Assembly: GCA_946186225.1 (NCBI GenBank)
Contig: CAMHMK010000001.1
Coordinates: 1-62,085, forward strand
Length of the DNA stretch: 62,085 nt
DNA from: an uncultured Clostridia bacterium
GTDB taxonomy: Bacteria; Bacillota; Clostridia; Oscillospirales; Oscillospiraceae
Direction: 5' to 3'
Shown here piece by piece: positions 58,677 through 62,085 of this stretch (the stretch's first letter is position 1; every line of letters starts with the position of its first letter). The notes under the pieces were generated by a model. That model was not told the origin of the DNA. It made no database searches and saw only the letters and a program-made list of their open reading frames with translations. The translations under genes and the position numbers were made by a program.

Positions 58677-59986
58677 GCGAGCACCTCCTTTACGATGGCG
58701 ACAGCCTTGTCGAGCTGTGCCTTTGTCACCTTTTCGGTGGCGCACCAGAGCACGCCGTCCTCCACGGGCAGACCGCCCAGGATGCCGGCCTTGTCCAGCG
58801 CGGAGAGGACCTCGTCCCGCTTGGGCAGGACGGTCACGAATTCATGGAAGAAGGGGCCGCTGTACTTCAGGCTGACACCGGGGATCGCGCAGAGGGCGTC
58901 GGCCAGGTAGTGGGCCTTGGCCATGGACTGCTTGGCGACCTGGCGCAGGCCGTCGGGGCCGACGGTGGCCAGATACAGACCGGCGGTCAGGGCGCAGAGG
59001 GCCTCGTTGGAGCAGATGTTGGAGCTGGCCTTCTCGCGGCGGATGTGCTGCTCTCTGGCCTGCAGGGAGAGGACGTAGGCACGGTTGCCGGCGTCGTCAG
59101 TGGTCTCGCCCACAATACGACCCGGCAGCTTGCGCATCATGCGGCTGGAAGCGGTCATGATGCCCAGGTAGGGGCCGCCCCAGGCCATCGGCAGGCCGAG
59201 CGGCTGGCCTTCGCCCACGGCGATGTCCGCGCCGCATTCCTTCGGCGTGGCCAGGATGGCGAGGCTGATGGGGTTGAAGGAGAGGATGTACTGGGCCTTG
59301 GCGGCGTGGACGATCTCGCCCAGGGCCTTGGCGTCCTCGATCTGGCCGAAGAAGTTCGGGCTCTGCACGATCATAGAGGCCACGTCGGGGGTCAGCATTT
59401 CCTTGAGGGCTTCGGGATCGGTGCGGCCGTCCTTGCAGGGGACGACGCGCAGCTCATGGTTGGTGCCGAAGCAGTAGGTGCGGATGGTGTTGATGGTGTC
59501 GGGATGAACGGTGGCGGAGACCAGGGTCACGGTGCGCTTGCGGTCGCGGCACATGGCGGCGGCTTCGGCAGCGGCGGTGGCGCCGTCATAGACAGAAGCG
59601 TTGGAGACGTCCATGCCGGTGAGCTGGCAGATCATGGTCTGGTACTCAAAGATGGACTGCAGGATGCCCTGGCTCATCTCGGCCTGGTAGGGCGTATAGG
59701 CGGTCAGGAACTCTTCCTTGGCCGGAATGTACTTGACAATGCTGGGGATGTAGTGGTCATAGGCGCCGGCGCCGCGCAGGACGGTTTCATAGACGCGGTT
59801 TTTCGCGGCCATGGCCTCCACCTTGGCGCGGACCTCGAGCTCGCTCATGCCGGAGGGAATATTCAGCGGCTTATCGAGCAGCATCGAAGCCGGGACGTCG
59901 GAATAGAGCTCCTTTTCGGAGTTCATCCCGATGGCCTGCAGCATTTCCCGCCGCTCGGCGGCGGTTGCAGGAACGTAGCTTCCCAT
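58673..59986 (-). CDS. gcvPA: Glycine dehydrogenase (decarboxylating) subunit 1
   Basis: 437 aa, YIPSIVKYI....FLTAYTPYQAEMSQG motif. Confidence 0.96.
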   Translation of the reverse strand: MGSYVPATAAERREMLQAIGMNSEKELYSDVPASMLLDKPLNIPSGMSELEVRAKVEAMAAKNRVYETVLRGAGAYDHYIPSIVKYIPAKEEFLTAYTPYQAEMSQGILQSIFEYQTMICQLTGMDVSNASVYDGATAAAEAAAMCRDRKRTVTLVSATVHPDTINTIRTYCFGTNHELRVVPCKDGRTDPEALKEMLTPDVASMIVQSPNFFGQIEDAKALGEIVHAAKAQYILSFNPISLAILATPKECGADIAVGEGQPLGLPMAWGGPYLGIMTASSRMMRKLPGRIVGETTDDAGNRAYVLSLQAREQHIRREKASSNICSNEALCALTAGLYLATVGPDGLRQVAKQSMAKAHYLADALCAIPGVSLKYSGPFFHEFVTVLPKRDEVLSALDKAGILGGLPVEDGVLWCATEKVTKAQLDKAVAIVKEVLA

Positions 59987-60364
59987 TTAGCCCTCCTCGG
60001 CGCAGAAAGCTTCGTACGCGTCGGCGTCCATCAGCTCTTCCTTGTCGGTGACGTCCTTGACGCGGATGATCCACGCGCCGTAGGGATCGGAGTTCAGCAT
60101 TTCGGGAGCGTCGATCAGCTCTTCGTTGATCTCGCAGACGATGCCGGAAACGGGGCTCTGCAGGTCGGAGACGGCCTTGACAGACTCGACGTCGCCGAAG
60201 GCTTCGCCGGCGACGACCTCGTCGCCAACCTCGGGCAGGTTGATGAAGACCACGTCGCCCAGGGCGTCCTGCGCGAATTCGCTGATGCCGATCTCGGCAA
60301 CGCCGTCGGTTTCCTTGAGCCATTCATGGGACTTGGTGTAGAGCAGTTCGTTGGGATAAGTCAT
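59987..60364 (-). CDS. gcvH: Glycine cleavage system H protein
   Basis: YTKSHEWL....GISEFAQDALGDVVF..LPEVG.....VESVKAVSDL (lipoyl-Lys). Confidence 0.97.
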   Translation of the reverse strand: MTYPNELLYTKSHEWLKETDGVAEIGISEFAQDALGDVVFINLPEVGDEVVAGEAFGDVESVKAVSDLQSPVSGIVCEINEELIDAPEMLNSDPYGAWIIRVKDVTDKEELMDADAYEAFCAEEG

Positions 60365-60407
60365 TGTAAGTTACCTCCGTTTAGATAATGAGATTTGTTT
60401 GTTGATT

Positions 60408-61643
60408 TTATTTTGCAATGACGGGAATGACGTAGGGGGGCACGTTGTTGGCAATGTGCTTCAGGGGGATGACGGCCTTCAGGCGCTTGCCGCGGACGTC
60501 CACCTCGACCTCGCTGTTGGTGAGGACGTCAGAGGTGATGTAGGCGATGCCGATGGCGCGCTTGGCGGTCTCGTCGGTCAGGCGGAGGTTCTCGCCCTCG
60601 CCCTCGGTCTTGTAGTAGGGGATCATGGTGGCGCTGGTGACGTAGCCGATCTTCTCGCCGTTTTGGTAGATGGCCATGCCGTGACGCATGACGCCGCGGT
60701 CCCGCAGAGCGATGGGACGAATCCGCTTGGGCAGGATCTCCAGATCCGCAGCGGTGCCGCGCTTTTCACGGAAGGCGGTCTGGGCCTCAGCCTGCTTCTC
60801 CAACGCGGCGCGGCCGATGAAGTCGCCCTTGGCCGGGTCGAAGGAGACAGCGAAGCGGGCCAGCGCCAGGGCATAGATCGGCATTTCCTTGCCGTCCTCG
60901 TCCACGCCCAGCTCGTCGCCGTAGAGGGGCAGCATGCCTTCCATGCGGAGGGTGTCGCGCGCGCCGAGACCGGCGGGCTTCGCGCCCATCTCCATCAGGC
61001 GGTTCCAGGCCCACATGGCGTCCTCATTCTTGAGGAAGATCTCATAGCCGATGGGCTCGGCAGTGTAGCCGGTGCGGGCGATCCAGGTCTTGTGGCCTTC
61101 CAGATCCAGGATGGAGAGGTTGTTGCGGGCGGGGGCGGTGACGTCCTCGACGCCGGCCAGCTTGGCCAGGATCTTGCCGCTCTCGGGGCCCTGGACTGCA
61201 ATGGAGATGGTCTCGTTGGTGATGTTGCGGATCGTGCAGTCGTAGTTCTTCACGATGGGCTCGAACCAAGCCAGGTCCTTGTCGGTGTTGGAGGCGTTGA
61301 CCACCAGAAGATAACGGTCCTCCTCGAACTGATAGAGGTAGGCGTCATCCACGGCGGAGCCGTTTTCGTTGGGGATGATGCAATACTGGGCCTTGTTCAG
61401 CGTCAGGGCCTCAACGTTGCTGGTGAGCACGTGCTGCAGGAACTTGACCCGGTCGGGGCCCTCGATCAGCAGTCTGCCCATGTGGGAGACGTCGAAGATG
61501 CCGCAGCACTTGCGGGTGTACAGGTGCTCAGCCACGATGCCGCTGGGGTACTGGATGGGCATTTCCCAGCCGCCGAAGTCCACCATCGTGCCGCCTGCGG
61601 CAATATGGGCGTCATAGAGCTGGGTACGTTTGAGTTCGCTCAT
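60408..61643 (-). CDS. gcvT: Aminomethyltransferase (glycine cleavage T protein), long form
   Basis: RTQLYDAHIAAGGTMVDFGGWEMPIQY and GIFDVSHMGRL. Confidence 0.95.
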   Translation of the reverse strand: MSELKRTQLYDAHIAAGGTMVDFGGWEMPIQYPSGIVAEHLYTRKCCGIFDVSHMGRLLIEGPDRVKFLQHVLTSNVEALTLNKAQYCIIPNENGSAVDDAYLYQFEEDRYLLVVNASNTDKDLAWFEPIVKNYDCTIRNITNETISIAVQGPESGKILAKLAGVEDVTAPARNNLSILDLEGHKTWIARTGYTAEPIGYEIFLKNEDAMWAWNRLMEMGAKPAGLGARDTLRMEGMLPLYGDELGVDEDGKEMPIYALALARFAVSFDPAKGDFIGRAALEKQAEAQTAFREKRGTAADLEILPKRIRPIALRDRGVMRHGMAIYQNGEKIGYVTSATMIPYYKTEGEGENLRLTDETAKRAIGIAYITSDVLTNSEVEVDVRGKRLKAVIPLKHIANNVPPYVIPVIAK

Positions 61644-61690
61644 GGAATTACCTCCTGTGTATTGGAAATTGAAATTGCTTATGTTTCATC

Positions 61691-61740
61691 AAAAAACGGC
61701 GGCACTGACCAACCTCCGGAAAGAAGTTGCCGTGCCACCG
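61691..61740 (-). terminator. Expression-platform terminator of the glycine riboswitch
   Basis: The minus strand reads CGGTGGCACGGCAACTTC-TTTCCG-GAGGTTGGTCAGTGCCGCCG followed by TTTTTT. Confidence 0.8.
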
Positions 61741-61900
61741 TCTGAAGCCTGAGAGATTCCCCGCGCCCTTCGCGCGGGTTGCACCTACGGCGTGTGCCAC
61801 GCACACTTTACGGTGTTTCGTCCGAACCCGGTCCTTCTGCCTGAGAGCTTTCGCGGTACCCCTTCGGCGCCGTGATTTTCACGGTCTCTCCCGGATCCAT
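61741..61900 (-). promoter_or_regulatory. Glycine riboswitch (canonical first aptamer plus a divergent second aptamer)
   Basis: On the minus strand, aptamer 1 is CCGGGAGAG-ACCGTGAAAATCACGG-CGCCGAAGGGGTACCGCGAAAGCT-CTCAGGCAGAAGGACCGGG. The second unit carries ACGCCGTAGGTGCAA ... AATCTCTCAGGCTTCAGAC. It sits upstream of gcvT, as is classic. Confidence 0.85.
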
Positions 61901-61922
61901 CATCCGATGCTTTTCTATGTAA

Positions 61923-61951
61923 AAAGTACCACAAGACCCGGAGGATGTCAA
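61923..61951 (-). promoter_or_regulatory. Candidate promoter of the riboswitch-gcv operon
   Basis: The minus strand reads TTGACA, a 17-nt spacer, then TACTTT. Confidence 0.5.
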
Positions 61952-61993
61952 GACAAAAATTGAAGAACAGCGGCCTTGGGACGCCCTGCGGGG

Positions 61994-62030
61994 CAAAACG
62001 GGGAATGGCCCTGCGGCCATCCCCGTTTTG
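61994..62030. terminator. Hairpin with flanking A/T runs (potentially a bidirectional terminator)
   Basis: CAAAACGGGGAATGGCC-CTGC-GGCCATCCCCGTTTTG, with one bulged A. Confidence 0.6.
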
Positions 62031-62085
62031 CGGATTTGAAATGATGTTTTAACGAATGTGATGCGTGCAGGCAAGCGCTTACTTG

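Noticed and set aside
62031-62085. Possible 3' end of a minus-strand gene at the window edge (AAG TAA near 62078-62083, followed by the 61994-62030 hairpin)
   Set aside because: Only one or two codons are visible, so there is not enough sequence to support a feature.

Overview
GC-rich bacterial chromosome with Firmicutes/Clostridia-type gene content: S14 type Z, an L7Ae/YbxF gene ahead of rpsL, QueH, a SpoVD-like PBP with PASTA domains, an SLH surface protein and a glycine riboswitch. The taxonomic call is inference. The window is almost entirely core housekeeping DNA. Minus strand: the S10/spc ribosomal protein operon (rpsJ to S14, 1-6722). Next a ydcF-rluD-lspA group, a one-carbon/glycine block (glyA, 5-formyl-THF cyclo-ligase, folD, glyQS), the str operon (L7Ae-rpsL-rpsG-fusA-tuf, 44211-49069), two zinc-ribbon membrane proteins flanking dus, and a riboswitch-controlled glycine-cleavage operon (gcvT-H-PA-PB-lplA-GNAT-lpd). 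Plus strand: a sufC/sufBD pair, pepF, an HD protein, queH, a macro-HTH protein, an alpha/beta hydrolase, a vWA protein and trpS-tagO-mnaA. Also on the plus strand are an SGNH/SLH surface protein and a dcw cluster (mraZ-rsmH-ftsL-PBP-murE::murF-mraY-ftsW-murG-murA-ftsQ-ftsZ). I found no tRNA, rRNA, CRISPR array, transposase, integrase or prophage gene, and no convincing self-contained novel multi-gene system. The most unusual items are these: a single-ORF MurE-MurF fusion in a dcw cluster lacking murD/murC/murB/ddl/ftsA; a catalytically degenerate stand-alone FolD N-domain paralogue translationally coupled to lspA; a macro-domain/HTH fusion coupled to a hydrolase, next to a vWA protein and an uncharacterised P-loop ATPase; a small family of about 22-nt GGCGGCC..GGCCGCC palindromic (REP-like) elements; a structured, terminator-capped RNA region between the SLH gene and mraZ; and long structured leaders on the S10 and str operons. 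The many very long ORFs antisense to conserved genes are treated as GC-bias shadow ORFs. All homology calls rest on motif and family recognition by eye; no database search was run.
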